DNA from: Chrysomallon squamiferum
Taxonomy: Eukaryota; Animalia; Mollusca
Assembly: GCA_012295275.1 (NCBI GenBank)
Contig: CM022670.1
Coordinates: 14,260,001-14,324,000 of the forward strand
Direction of reading: 5' to 3'
DNA length: 64,000 bases
Shown: one piece after another, positions 51,528 to 64,000 of the stretch
Numbering within the stretch: the first letter of the stretch is position 1
Layout of the letters: the number at the start of each line of letters is the position of its first letter
Notes under the pieces: model-generated
What the model was told of the DNA's origin: nothing
The model's input: only the letters and a program-made list of their open reading frames with translations
The model's database searches: none
Translations under genes and position numbers: made by a program

Positions 51528-53342
51528 GAAAAAAATTAACGTGCTAATCAGAGCAAGCTGTTGTGAAGCACGTCAAAGAGAATCTAAATAAATCGGACGG
51601 TTATATACATTACTTGCTGAAAATGTCATCCTGCTCACCAGTTGGATTTACTTTTTAATAGCAGGTAAAATAACAACACAACGTCTGTAGGGTGATATCA
51701 TTTACTTGTTCATTAGCTACTCACTGGAAGTCAGAAGGCTATTTTGTTACTACGATAAAGTATGATAAAGACATTTTGCTTGTTTTTTTTCTGGGATCAT
51801 CTCCAATGTTTAGGTCATCGACTGTAGAACAAAAACAAATTATTCGAACACCGGAAACTATCTTCAAAGATAAATGGATCAGCAATTTATCAATCGGACA
51901 TGACACTTCGTTTCGGGACGTTCGGGTCAAGGTGGGACTAATTCAATACTAACAAAAACACATTCTTTTATTTCGGTGAGAATACTTTAATTTAAAAAAA
52001 CAACATTTGTCCAACAATAGACAAGATTGTCCCTGTGCTGCACTGGATTCTGGGCCGAGTTGTCCCCCACTTGTCTGGCATTCCTGAAAAGGTACAACTA
52101 AAAATGTTTTACCATTTTAAATTGTATGCCGATTTTTAGAATGACGAAATGAGTAAAGTATTATAGTAATGTGTACTTGCTTTAACTGTTATATTTAACT
52201 TTCTAATATTATATGGCAATTTGGAGCGGATCTGATACCTGTGCCACAGGGAACAGGAACGAGGTGACCACATCCGACACGCTGGGTAAAGTTAAAGCCC
52301 TTTGTTAGTTTGTAACTGTTTGAGTTTGTTTACGTACAGAGTATGTTGGATAAATAATTTAATGGTTTCGTAATGAAATCCTACCTCTGGCTCTGCAATC
52401 AATCAGTAACGAGTGGAGAGATTCTGGTCAGTTATCGACGTGTCAACAGACTTGAACTTGAACTTGAAAAAATCTTAACGTGCTAGTCAGAGCAAACTGT
52501 TGTGAAGCACGTCTACGACGGGCACGCTTTCTGACAGGTCAGCGTGCGTGTCCGTCGCAGAAACGAGTTTTGGGTAAGGAAAGAGAGTGGGTTGTCGTTA
52601 CGATTGCAGGACACAAAGGAGTGTCCAGCATATCGGATCCTAACGAATCGGTTGCGATGTTTCGTAGACGTTTTCCGCTCCTTGTTGTTTCCGGCACTTG
52701 TCCAGCTCGTTGAAGGTCTCCTATTCATCACCGGGTTCGTGTTGGTTTCATCCTGTTTGTTCTGGTCTCGGCTGCTTTGATGTTTCCTTGTCCTTTTTGG
52801 CTGCTTCCCTCTGGTCCAGCAATTACAAACTTTTTTATTTATTATTATTTTTTTTATTTTTTTTTTTTTTTTTTTTTTGCCAAATGTCTTTTTATTGATT
52901 TAAAAGATGCTATAAACACCTGCAGCTAAGAATGAGAACACGAACGTTGTTAACTTATTTACATTTATTAAGAACATTTTTTTTTTTTTTTTTTTTAATC
53001 CGATAACCGGGTTAGTATGGTCTGAAATTAAGTACGTATAGTACGTATAGTTTTGTTTTTAATTATTAATTTAATTGGCTATTCAAATTTTGTTTTTAGT
53101 CCCGGGAAGTGGTTTGCGCAGCGGCATCTAACGATAAATCAAGGGACATAACTCGAAATAACCGCACTGCGGAACCGGCCCATTTTAACGTAAACCTTTA
53201 AAGAATTAAAATCTATAAAATATCAGATTGTTGAATTTAAATAGTTTGTTAACTTTCTAGAGAGATTGTTGAATTTAAATAATTTGTTATTGCCTTAATT
53301 GATATTGTATATTTAATTATAATCTATACTTTTGTCGCACTG

Positions 53343-53346
<4 letters not shown>

Positions 53347-53431
<85 letters not shown>
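53347..53431. repeat. (CT)n microsatellite, right arm only
   Basis: Direct reading; no (GA)n tract at the mirrored position near 38000-38040. Confidence 0.93.
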
Positions 53432-53433
<2 letters not shown>

Positions 53434-53829
53434 GTTTAACATATAGTTTAGACTGGACCTTAAGTGTCACAATAGTTAAAATAAAGTAAATAGCAAAATA
53501 AAATAAAATAAAATAAAATCAATATTTATTATCATAGTAGTTGTCCTTGAAATATAAACTGTTCATTCACATAATAGAAAAAAGAAGGATATGGGTTGAA
53601 GAAAATAGATTTATTTATTAATAATAGATATTGATTAATTATTCAGTTGCTTAATACTTTTATTAATCTTTGAAATACAGATTGTTCACTTTAAAGAGTA
53701 GAAAATAAAAAAAAAAAATTCTATGAAAAAAAAGTATTTATTTATTACTAAATTGTTTTAGTCAGCTAAATTTAGAATTGTTGTTCCACATGAATGCCAT
53801 TGCTAGTACAACAAATGACTTAGTTTTAA

Positions 53830-54020
53830 ATACAGCTTAAACCCTTCCATCCAGGTTTACATTTTCAAATACATTCCCCTATTTTAATATTGCGAAACGA
53901 GTTATCGTTCTTGCAGTTTCTGTCATTACATTGGTAATGAAATCGATGCGTTATCACATTCTGAAATATTCATCAAATATTTGTTGTTCATATCGTTGGC
54001 GATCATACCATATATTGTGG

Positions 54021-54093
<73 letters not shown>

Positions 54094-54101
54094 TTTTCTA
54101 T

Positions 54102-54144
<43 letters not shown>

Positions 54145-54615
54145 GTTGTTTGTTTAGTGATTCATTTATTTATTTATTCTCTGTTGAAAAAATAAAAAAT
54201 TGTATATTAATAAAAGAAGATATCAATTCACCTGTACAGTCAACACCTTTCCATTCACCTTTACATCCCCTTTTAAATTCACCATCACTGTGATTACAAC
54301 ATCACTGTCCGTTACAGCGTCTGTCTGTACGAAACTTAGAACAGTTGAATCCGTGAGAGATAATTCATTAGAATAAATATAAAATTATCTATTAGTAACC
54401 AGAGACTTTAAAATTGTTATATAGAATTAATGAGTTTAATATAATGTACTTTATTAAAACACTGAATGAAAGGAAAGATATAAATGAATGGAACTGTTAA
54501 AAAATAATGTATTAAATGTTTAAGTTTATGTCGCGTACTTTCAAAACAGTCTTTGTTTCTCCATCCAGGATGACAGTCTCCGGTACACGTTTCTGTTTTT
54601 GAATCGCACATTGTC
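53830..54615 (-). pseudogene. Mirror copy of the decayed multi-EGF fragment
   Basis: CDSKTETCTGDCHPGWRNKDCFE then gt, and KCKPGWKGLSC, on the minus strand; reverse complement of 36885-37650. Confidence 0.75.
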
Positions 54616-57091
54616 TGTTTTACAGATTTTATTTAATTATCATCTGTATTAACTGTATATAATAAAAAATGTTGTATGTCTGTTTGTGTTTAATTATGTG
54701 AAAATAATAAAGCGTATGTGCAAATATATAAAAATGAATATAAAAGTTATTTATTATATCATACTCCTGATTTTATATTTTTTTTTTTTTTTTTTTTTTT
54801 TATACCAAACACATTTATAAACATCCGCTTTATGTCAGGCAGGCTTCGTTATAAATGTATCAGATAATCTTCCCACTGTTTTTATTTTTTTTATTTATTA
54901 CTTTTTTGTTTTTAAGGGATTCATTTTAATAACGACGCCTGTTGTCAAAAGGTAGGCATTAATTCGGTTTTCAGTGTAAATATACCTAGCTATGTAGGTT
55001 CTCCATTTGATTACCAGGAGAAAGTATTTTGTAACCAGCTCCCCGTAAACACGAAAATATATATCATTGTACAGAATTTCGAAAGCTAAAATTTAATAAA
55101 ACAAATCAACATTTAAAACATTTAAGTGGTATATATCAATAGGTGTTTGGTATCATTGTCCAAGTCATTTTTAGAGTTTTTCTTTAAAGAGAAAACATCC
55201 TGGTGTATACAAATAAATGAAGTGTTTATTATTTAGAGAAAGAAAATAATAAAACAAGGTTTTTGTGCTTGTTAAAGAAGTAGGCACTTGCATCATCTGA
55301 AATGATAAATTTTCTTTCACGCCAGCATATATAAGCTATTGTTTTATTTGTAGATGATAAAACTGACTTAAACAAATATAATCGAGATTATAACTTGATA
55401 ATACAATATTTAAGATCACTTGCATGCTAGAGAGAAACGTTAATGGCGCGTGAATTTGCGTGCGTGCATCATTAACCAGGGTGTATGTGTATAAATAAAT
55501 AAAGGCGTGAATGTTTGTGTATGTGTATGTGCGTATGTGTTTGTATGTGTTAAAATCAGTTTCAGTCACCTCAAACTTTATTTGTAAAATAATTATTGAA
55601 TTTTGGAGACTGTTTTCTACATGAATATAAAAACTGCAAATAGTATCACAGGAAATATATTTTACAACACAAACGATGTTTTGTATATTTGGTCATTAAT
55701 AATAGCTTTTGAACTACGTAATACGCTAATACAAATGTATAGAAAAAACATTAATCGGTTAGAGGGACACTGTTCACAATAATACCACACGGATAGTTCT
55801 TCGACGTAAAGATATTGTTTTCTAAATTCAAACATGATCCTGTAAACCATTTTAAGGAAAGGTTTTACTGTAACAGCTGTAATTATGTCAGTGTTTATCT
55901 GTGACTAGTGTATCATTTATGACCATACATATGTGTGATGTGGGTGTGTGTGTTGCTGTGTGTGTGTGTGTAAATGTGTATTGTTGAATAATCTGAAAAT
56001 AATATATAACAGCATTAATATTTACATGTAGCAGTTAAAGATTATAAACGGACATATAATTAACACCATACTTGACTTATATTAAATACAAGTATATGGA
56101 AACGTACACTGATCTTTAAATATAGATTAAATAGTGGGGTTTTTTTTTGTATTATAATCATAGCCTGCTTAAAATTACAGTGATGAAAATCATCCTATTA
56201 TAAGTCAGATTTCCTGCTGTATAATTTGTTTTATTTATTATTCCATGCAGTTCAAATTCAACAACAAAACAGATAGATTTCCGAGATCGAGAACTTACTT
56301 ACCTATTGGTGTGTTCATTTTGTAATAATAATTACAGGCTAAGAAATACTGACACATACTGTCCGTGAGAAGGATATCATATAAAAAACAAAATTCCATA
56401 TTTATTTATTTATCTTCCTTTATTAATTAATTAATTTAATGTTATTTATTTATTTATTTATTTACTTATTTGTCTGTTTGTTTGTTTGCTTACTTTTTGT
56501 TTCATGCAATGTGAAGCTAAGAATGTAACATGGCTATGCATATCAAACAAAATCCTGTTTGGTACAAATATATAATTAGTATTATATTTATTTTAATTCA
56601 TACAACACTTTTTATCAAAATTTTAGATAACTGTTATTATGTTGCGTTTTATACAAGACATTGTAATGTTTCCATTGGCTAAGTAATGTATTATTTTAAA
56701 CGAACTACTAGTTATACATTAGTTAACAAATCTTATTATTTAGTTTTAGATCTAAAAGGTAACAAATTTTATTACAAAGGTTTATATTCGGGATATCGAA
56801 ATGTATAAAATTATTTAACATGTTTAACTATTTTGTTCCATATAAATGTTTGACATATTATTTATAAATTCCATATATTGAAATTTAGTTTTAATACATA
56901 ACTTTCTGTGTCTGTATTTGCGAACTAAGCGAGTTTAACTGTGCTATGATACAGAATGGGTGTATTGACTAATGTAATGATAGTCCGATTAACAAAAAGA
57001 TGTAGTAGTCTAGTGTTATAGATAACTATGTATTGTTTCAAACCGCTATTACAGTAATGTTTCTGAAATATGTCGTCAACAAAGGGTCGAG

Positions 57092-57223
57092 TCACAACCA
57101 GTAAACGAGACATATAACGGTGAGGACTGTGCCAATCACAATGGCGGCGATTGCTGTATTCCTGGCCTTTATCCCGCTAAGTCTCGCCTCCTCGAAATTA
57201 CCAATATCTGCCATATTTCGGGA
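57092..57223 (-). CDS. Dispanin B CD225 exon 5
   Basis: ttttcag acceptor; homologous to 34292-34459; ends at TGA. Confidence 0.88.
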   Translation of the reverse strand, partial: SRNMADIGNFEEARLSGIKARNTAIAAIVIGTVLTVICLVYWL

Positions 57224-58853
57224 CTGAAAAATAAATAGAAAACAGATTTAGAAATCCTGCGGCCATTTCGAGCGATATAATTATGTTTGTATGTTTCTAG
57301 TAGGTGGGTATATGGGTGTTTCGCTGGGAGTTTGCGTATGGATATGTGTGGGTGGCCATGTGGTTGGGTGTGCTTGGTTGAGTGTACATCTGTGTGTGTT
57401 ATAGTCTGTATGTGTGAGTGTGATTATGGGGGTGGATGGGTGAGTGAGGGTGGGTGGATGGGTGGGTGAGCGTGAATGTGTACTTGTAAAAATTGTAATT
57501 CAGTAAAGAAAGACTCAGATTATATATCGTCATTAAGCCTAACGACAAGTGAGCAAAAAGTGTTATGTTCTAAATGTTAATAGTCTTTAATCATTATATT
57601 CATGTTCGTAAAACACCTAATAGTTCTGCTCTGTCTGTGCCAAATGGCAGAATCATTAGAAATCACTCTTAACATTAAAAGATAAATAAAATGTAAAGGA
57701 TGGTAAAATACAACAAGCATATTACACAAATCCTAGTCATTTCCTAAAATGATTGAACATTTTACGCATTACCCGAATACAATGGTGATACTAAACATTA
57801 GTCAAATGATGGATAATTTAAGGCATTACATGTCCTGACAGGTCTTACAGATTAACTATAACACATTTACGTACTCACACGAAAATATTTAGTTCTCCAA
57901 AAGACTTACCGAACGTGAAAGTAATATAGCGATTATGCCTAAGATCCGGCATAAAATACAAGATATGACAGACAGGATAAGGTAATCACGGGGTCGAGCT
58001 GCTGGTTGTCGAATAATCTGAAAGTAATATGTAGCACTATTAATTTTTACATGTAAAATATAGAATATATTATACATATAGAAAGTGTATATTTACATAC
58101 ACAGACACCCATGTACTTGCAAACTGTTTAATATTCATAATTCATATTCATATAATGCAGATGTTATGGATCTTTGGAATGACGATATAGTACTGCAACC
58201 CTAGGAACGGATGTCCTCTTATTTTTTGCATACAGCACCAAAGTGGTACATTAACCATAGCAAGTAGCTTAGGTTTCTAGTCCATTTCGCAGCGTGTAAA
58301 TTATTATAAGAAAACGAACTCGTTTTAAAAACGTCTTACAAATTCATGAGCCAGTAAACATACTGGTAACTTGAGAATTTCATACTAAACTAGTCTACAG
58401 TCTTAGTACATAATAAGTAAGTGTGAAGTCAGCAGTCGTTTATCGGTTTAACACAATGTCTCAATTCTGTTCCGAATCATTACATGAATATTCATATTTT
58501 CGACGATCTTTAATTCTTACAAGTAAAATACAACAGGATGTTGTTGTTTTCTTATTATTTCCGGAATAACTTAAAATATAAAACTGCTAAAACAAATGCT
58601 TTATGTGTGTTTTTTAGGGATAGAGTCACACATTTTACAGAGAGTCTACTTACGATCATTTGATCGTCTGCTGGTTCTCGTCCGTATCCATATGGCTGTG
58701 ATGGACCGTATCCTTGTCGTAGGGAAGGTCCATCATTCACTTGTGGTTGACAGTACACTGGTAGTGTCTAAAATAAATCATCATCATTATCATTATTATT
58801 ATTACTGGTGTTGTTGTTTTTATCGATATCATATTATTATTACTATTATTACT

Positions 58854-58889
<36 letters not shown>

Positions 58890-60548
58890 TTTCTTAATTA
58901 ATTGTAATAGCCGTTGGAATGATGATGTGGTACTGCGACCATAGCAACGGTTGACCACTTATTTTGTGCATGCAGAAGCAAAGTCGTAAATTTTGCATAG
59001 CAAGCAGCTTAGGTTTCTAGTCCATTTCGCTGCGTACACATTATGACAAGAAAATGTACTCGTTTTAAAAACGTCATACAAATTCCTGACCCAGTAAACA
59101 TATTGGTAACTTTCGACGATCTTTCATTTTTTTGTATGTACAATACAACAGGACATGTATCAATTTTAAAACTACGTTGTTGTTTTCTTATTATTTCCGG
59201 AATAACTTAAAATATATAACTGCTAAAACAAATGCCTTATGTGTATTTTTTGGGAGATAGAGTCAAACATTTTACAGAGTGTCTACTTACCATCATTTGA
59301 TCGTCTGCTGGTTCTCGTCCGTATCCATATGGCTGTGATGGACCGTGTCCTTGTGGTGGTGAAGGTCCATAATTCACTTGTGGTTGACCGTGTGCTGGTG
59401 GTGGCTAAAATGAATCATCATCATCATCATTATCATTATTACTGTTACTGTTCTTCTTCTTTTTATTGATATCAATATTATTATTACTATTATTTATTTA
59501 TTATTTTTTTGTTGTTGTAATAGCCGTTGGAATGATGATGTGGTACTAAAACCATAGCAACGATTACCCTCTTATTGTATGCATACATCACCAAAGTCGT
59601 AAACTCACAATAGGAAGCAGCTTAGGTTTCTAGTTATTATAAGAAAATTAACTCGTTTTAGAAATGTTACAAATTCATAAGCCAGTAAACATAGTGGTAA
59701 CTTCAGAGTTTCATACTTTACTAGTTTACAGTCTGTGTACGTAACAAATAAGTGTGAAGTCAGCACAATTTGTCGAATGTTTTCCCTTGAAAGTGAAACG
59801 AATAAATGAAAACATGACTGACACTTACATACGGAATAACTCGGTAATAAAGTATTAACTCATCCAAATCTGAGCACCAGCCCCATAAAGTAAATGTTTT
59901 GTAATCTTCTCTTGTTTTGCCTCGTGAAATTATTGATTTTATCAAATATTAAACCACTTCGCGACCCGCGCAGCTCCCTTTAATAACACTTAGAGCTATT
60001 TAGAAAATTATTATTGTAAGATTTATTAGTGAAGTTCACTTCAAAACATAAAGTTAATAATTGCACGAATCAGTGCATGAGATACATAAATATTCATACC
60101 TTCGACGATCTTCCCTTTTCACAAGTACAATACATCAGGACGAGTATCAGTTTTAAAACTAAATTGTCTTTTCTTATTATTTTTGGCATAACTAAAAATG
60201 TAAAACTGCTAAAACAAATGCTTTATGTGTATTTTCTTGAGACAGACTCACAAATTCTACAGAGAATCTACTTACTACCATTTGACCTTGTCCTGTTACT
60301 GGTCCGTAAAGAGGAGGTGGCGGCACATATCCTGATGACGGTGGTGGACCGTATCCTTGTGACTGTTGCCCATATCCTGGTTGAGGTTCTCCTAGATGGG
60401 AACCTTCTGGAGCTGGAGTATATGCCGGAGGTGCAGGTCCATAAGCTTTTGGTGGAGCAGGTCCACAATTCCCTTGTGGTTCACCATATGCTGGTGGTGG
60501 CTGAAATAAATCATCATCATCATCGTCGTCATTAGTATTATTATTATC

Positions 60549-60580
<32 letters not shown>

Positions 60581-60815
60581 TGTTGTTGTTGTTGTTGTTC
60601 TAGTTGTCGTATTTATCCATATTATTATTACTATTATTACTGATTGATTTATTTTTATGTAGATGTAATATCCGTTGATATTACATATGTAAGTTCACAA
60701 AGACACAGGGATTCACACCAAAAAACTACTACGTGTCATAAATACCAAATGATTGAAATATAACGACCAGCGAAAGAAAATAATAATTAAGGTGATATAA
60801 AGAAAAAATAAATCA

Positions 60816-60861
<46 letters not shown>

Positions 60862-61243
60862 TTTTTAATGAAATAAGAATAAATACAATATAATAAATCA
60901 AATAATATAAAAACTAAACAAAACAACAACAACAATAAAAAAAAATAAAAAATCGGAAATTTATATATGGAAAACATTTTAAACAACTTACATTTTGGGA
61001 TGGACACTCTTCGTAACCACCCTCTGAAATACATTTTAAATATATACATCAATTTTTGTTCTGAACGTTTCACCAAAACTATGGCATGAAAAATACGTTT
61101 ATTTAACAGAAGATGAAAGAAAGAAACCTCGATTATATTAATGCTTTCTTACATAGACTATAAATAGATTAGAAATAAAGAAAGAAAGAAAGAAAGAATA
61201 GAAAAAAAAGAAAAAAATTCAGAATATCCATACATTTAATCTT

Positions 61244-61280
<37 letters not shown>

Positions 61281-62958
61281 TTTATTTATTTATTTATTTG
61301 TATTCAGCTTGTATTAATACTCTTTATAGCTCCAGCAATATTTTTCGGTATTTATTTATTTTTATATTTATTTTTATGCTATTTATATTTATTTCGTTTT
61401 TATTATTATTTATTTTAATTATTTATTATTATTATTTTTTATTTATGTAATTTTTTATTATTTCGTTCGTATTTTGTATTATTTCAGGTGTAGAAAATAT
61501 AGGGATTTCTTCTTCTTCTTCTTCTTCTTCTTCTTCTCCGTCTTCTTCTTCTTCTTCTTCTTCTTCTTCTTCTTCTTCTTCTGTAATTATGTATTTTTGT
61601 TTTATTCATTTGTTGTTGTTTTTTCTATTTATTATAATTTGTTTAGTAATTTTTACTTATTTTTTATGAAAGTTTGTTTTCTTCTGTTCTTTGTACTGTT
61701 TTGTTTTGTTTCCACTTAATGCTGTCTCATTGTGGTATAAACCAAATGTCAGTGATCCAAGTAAACTAGCTTTATGTGTATTCCTCTGTAAAGTGTAAAG
61801 ATTTATATCAAGCACAAAACATTTCTAAAACACACCTTAAAACCGTCTCTTTACAAAACACACAGTCTCTGTTATATTTTTATGTTGATTATTGTTTTAT
61901 TCAGTTGTTCACCAAGTGTTAATACTTTCTTTCTTAGAAGGCATTATTCATAGGCACAATGGTGAAGTGATGTGCTTGAACATGCAAATCGGATGAACGG
62001 TACGAAAGTGGACAGCATTTGACATTTATACGAGAAAAATATGTTTAAAATGGATTCGACTATGCGGACGACCATACTCTCAAAAAGAAAGTCAATTAAA
62101 AGCAAGTTTTCAAATAATAATAATATACACAGTTGATAACTAGCTATATATTCGAATTATCTAAGTATGAATGATATATATGCCCAAATGACCTAAATTG
62201 CTTTTGAGGTGAATTCAAACTAAACATTTGGGCAATCTATTGTAAATGTTCAATTATTACACATTGTTTTGAAAATGCAGCTTTAAGACACGTGTGTCAT
62301 TTCTTATATTCTTATTTGTTACTTTTCTTTTTTCTTACCTCTAAAATAAACCATGATGCAATATCAGTTTAATACCAAAACATACATATCCAGCCTTACA
62401 TGAGCTGTTAGCCTCTGGCGGTTTCTTCTCCAAGCAAACGTGAATATTCAGTCATATCTCCTAATGGAACGACAGCATCTCTCGTTCACTTTCGGTTTTA
62501 TTATGGATGTAGCTTTGCGCAAAATAATTTAAACCTTTCTCTTCTGCTTTTCTGGAAAGCACGAAGATATGAAACCGACACATCACCTGGAATAATGTTT
62601 AGATCAACTACGCCGTCTGCTACCGATTCCGCCATTTTGAATGTTAGCTTGTAGGACACAGTAACACTATCTAAGTGGGCGTTGCTTATAGAGTAATTGT
62701 TGAAACATAAATCTTCCTGGTTTAGCGTGTGAAATTTACAAATTTCTTTATCTTTTTATTACTGTTACATCGTATTATTATGATGATGATGATAATTATT
62801 ATTATTATTATTATTGTTATTATTATTATGATTATTATTATCATTATTACTACTACTATTACTATTTTGTAAATTATTCATAATTATGTAATTACTCGTA
62901 TGAATGTATGTATGCATCTCTGTGTGTGCGTCTTTGTATACAAACACACATGGGGGTC

Positions 62959-62990
<32 letters not shown>

Positions 62991-63308
62991 ATTTTAAATC
63001 AACTATTGAAATGTTTGTTCATAAATGTTTCCAAAATATAGCTCACCGCATCATTGGACATACTGAAAAGAATTTAAAAAACATCGCAAATAACACATGA
63101 TTCCACTGCTAATGTCGAAGCAACCCTGTCCTCTTTCTCGAAGAACGCTAAGCAGTAAATAATACAACATTCAAATATGTCGAAAATATGTACTAATAGT
63201 ATATTTTGTTATTTCTTTCTCTAGTGCTTTTATATTTTACGGCTATTAATGACTTCTTTAACCGAAAATAATAAAAATGTATGAGAACTTACCTGCTCTT
63301 TTCTCCAT
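57092..63308 (-). CDS. Proline-rich CD225/dispanin membrane protein, paralog B
   Basis: Exons 63308-63293 (MEKRA), 61023-60992, 60500-60276, extra 59404-59291 and 58767-58654, 58017-57910 (PRDYLILSVISCILCRILGIIAILLSRS), 57223-57092 (SRNMADIGNFEEARLSG..., TGA). All GT-AG and in phase. Confidence 0.87.
57910..58017 (-). CDS. Dispanin B CD225 exon 4
   Basis: tttcag/gtaag boundaries, 108 bp; homologous to 33327-33458 with a 24-bp deletion. Confidence 0.88.
58654..58767 (-). CDS. Dispanin B duplicated exon 3c
   Basis: ttttag/gtaag boundaries, 114 bp, open frame TLPVYCQPQVNDGPSLRQGYGPSQPYGYGREPADDQMI. Confidence 0.68.
59291..59404 (-). CDS. Dispanin B duplicated exon 3b
   Basis: ttttag/gtaag boundaries, 114 bp, open frame PPPAHGQPQVNYGPSPPQGHGPSQPYGYGREPADDQMM. 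Confidence 0.7.
60276..60500 (-). CDS. Dispanin B proline-rich exon 3a
   Basis: tttcag/gtaag boundaries, 225 bp, open frame PPPAYGEPQ...GQGQMV. Confidence 0.85.
61507..61582. repeat. (CTT)n microsatellite
   Basis: Direct reading. Confidence 0.95.
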
Positions 63309-64000
63309 TTTATTTTCTGTTGTTATGTTTAACAGTATCCGTGAGTGTAGGTTAACCGATAAAAAATTTTTTCAAAATAAAACTACCTTTGTATGCACCA
63401 ACACGCAATACTGAAAGCTGATATTCACAAGTTCAATCCGGTTTACAGAATGAAGAAACTTCCCGGTTGTGAAACTGATCGCAGATGACTTGGCTATAAT
63501 GTAAACGACGTGTAGTTGAAGGGGTCACGGGTGCGGCTTCACTAATTTGTTTAACAGGCTTAATCCCAATCTGTTTATTGAATTAATTGTAAATATGATA
63601 ATATTGCCTAAAAATGCCTGCTGCAAGATGATGACAATGTTGATAACAAATAAATACGATGATGAGAAAAATGTCTTCAAAGAATTTATGATTAAAAATA
63701 AAAACAATTTTAATAGATATACAAATATGTGAATTGATTTTTGCTTCCTTTTATTCACAGTTCCCTTTAGCAAGATTTTAAATATTCAACAAAAACATGT
63801 ATGTACCGAACATGTATGAATGGATGTATGACCATGTTCCTATTATTAAATTCCCAAGAATAAATAAACTAATTAAGTATTCGTTGTAGGAATGAATACT
63901 CTCAGAGACTGGTTCATGCTTAGACTCAGCGTGTTAACCTTGAACACATCTTTGTCTCTCAAACAAGTCAGACTCCACAGTGTATTTAGCTAATCAAGTG

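Larger units (their letters stand above)
46650..63355 (-). repeat. Right arm of large inverted duplication
   Basis: Reverse-complement matches, e.g. cctacactcacgga at ~29380 versus ~63340-63352; 37000-39800 versus 51540-54500; LINE versus LINE. Confidence 0.9.

Noticed and set aside
57092-57094. TGA in dispanin B (and TGA after LFADD in the LINEs) as selenocysteine or programmed readthrough
   Set aside because: No SECIS-like structure seen; simple nonsense changes explain them.

Overview
AT-rich, microsatellite-dense animal (eukaryotic) genomic DNA; an invertebrate, possibly molluscan, source is my inference only. Nearly all ORFs in the supplied track are artefacts of simple repeats; the real genes are spliced. 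Left third: the 3' exons of an acatalytic alpha-carbonic anhydrase-related protein (CA10/CA11-like, + strand, 2522-10533 or 10995) interleaved with five intronless tRNA-Arg(UCU) genes. Right half: a ~34-kb inverted duplication (~29375-43950 versus ~46650-63355) around a 200-N assembly gap. Each arm carries, from outside in, a proline-rich CD225/dispanin (PRRT1/IFITM-family) gene, a decayed multi-EGF pseudogene, a repeated ~37-bp ACGTGCT...AGCACGT cassette, and a dead RNase H-bearing I-group LINE. The arms are near-identical at the centre and strongly diverged at the genes. The right dispanin paralog has two extra in-frame copies of its proline-rich exon. A hAT MITE with an 8-bp target-site duplication is present only in the left paralog. 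All calls come from manual reading; no alignments or database searches were run.
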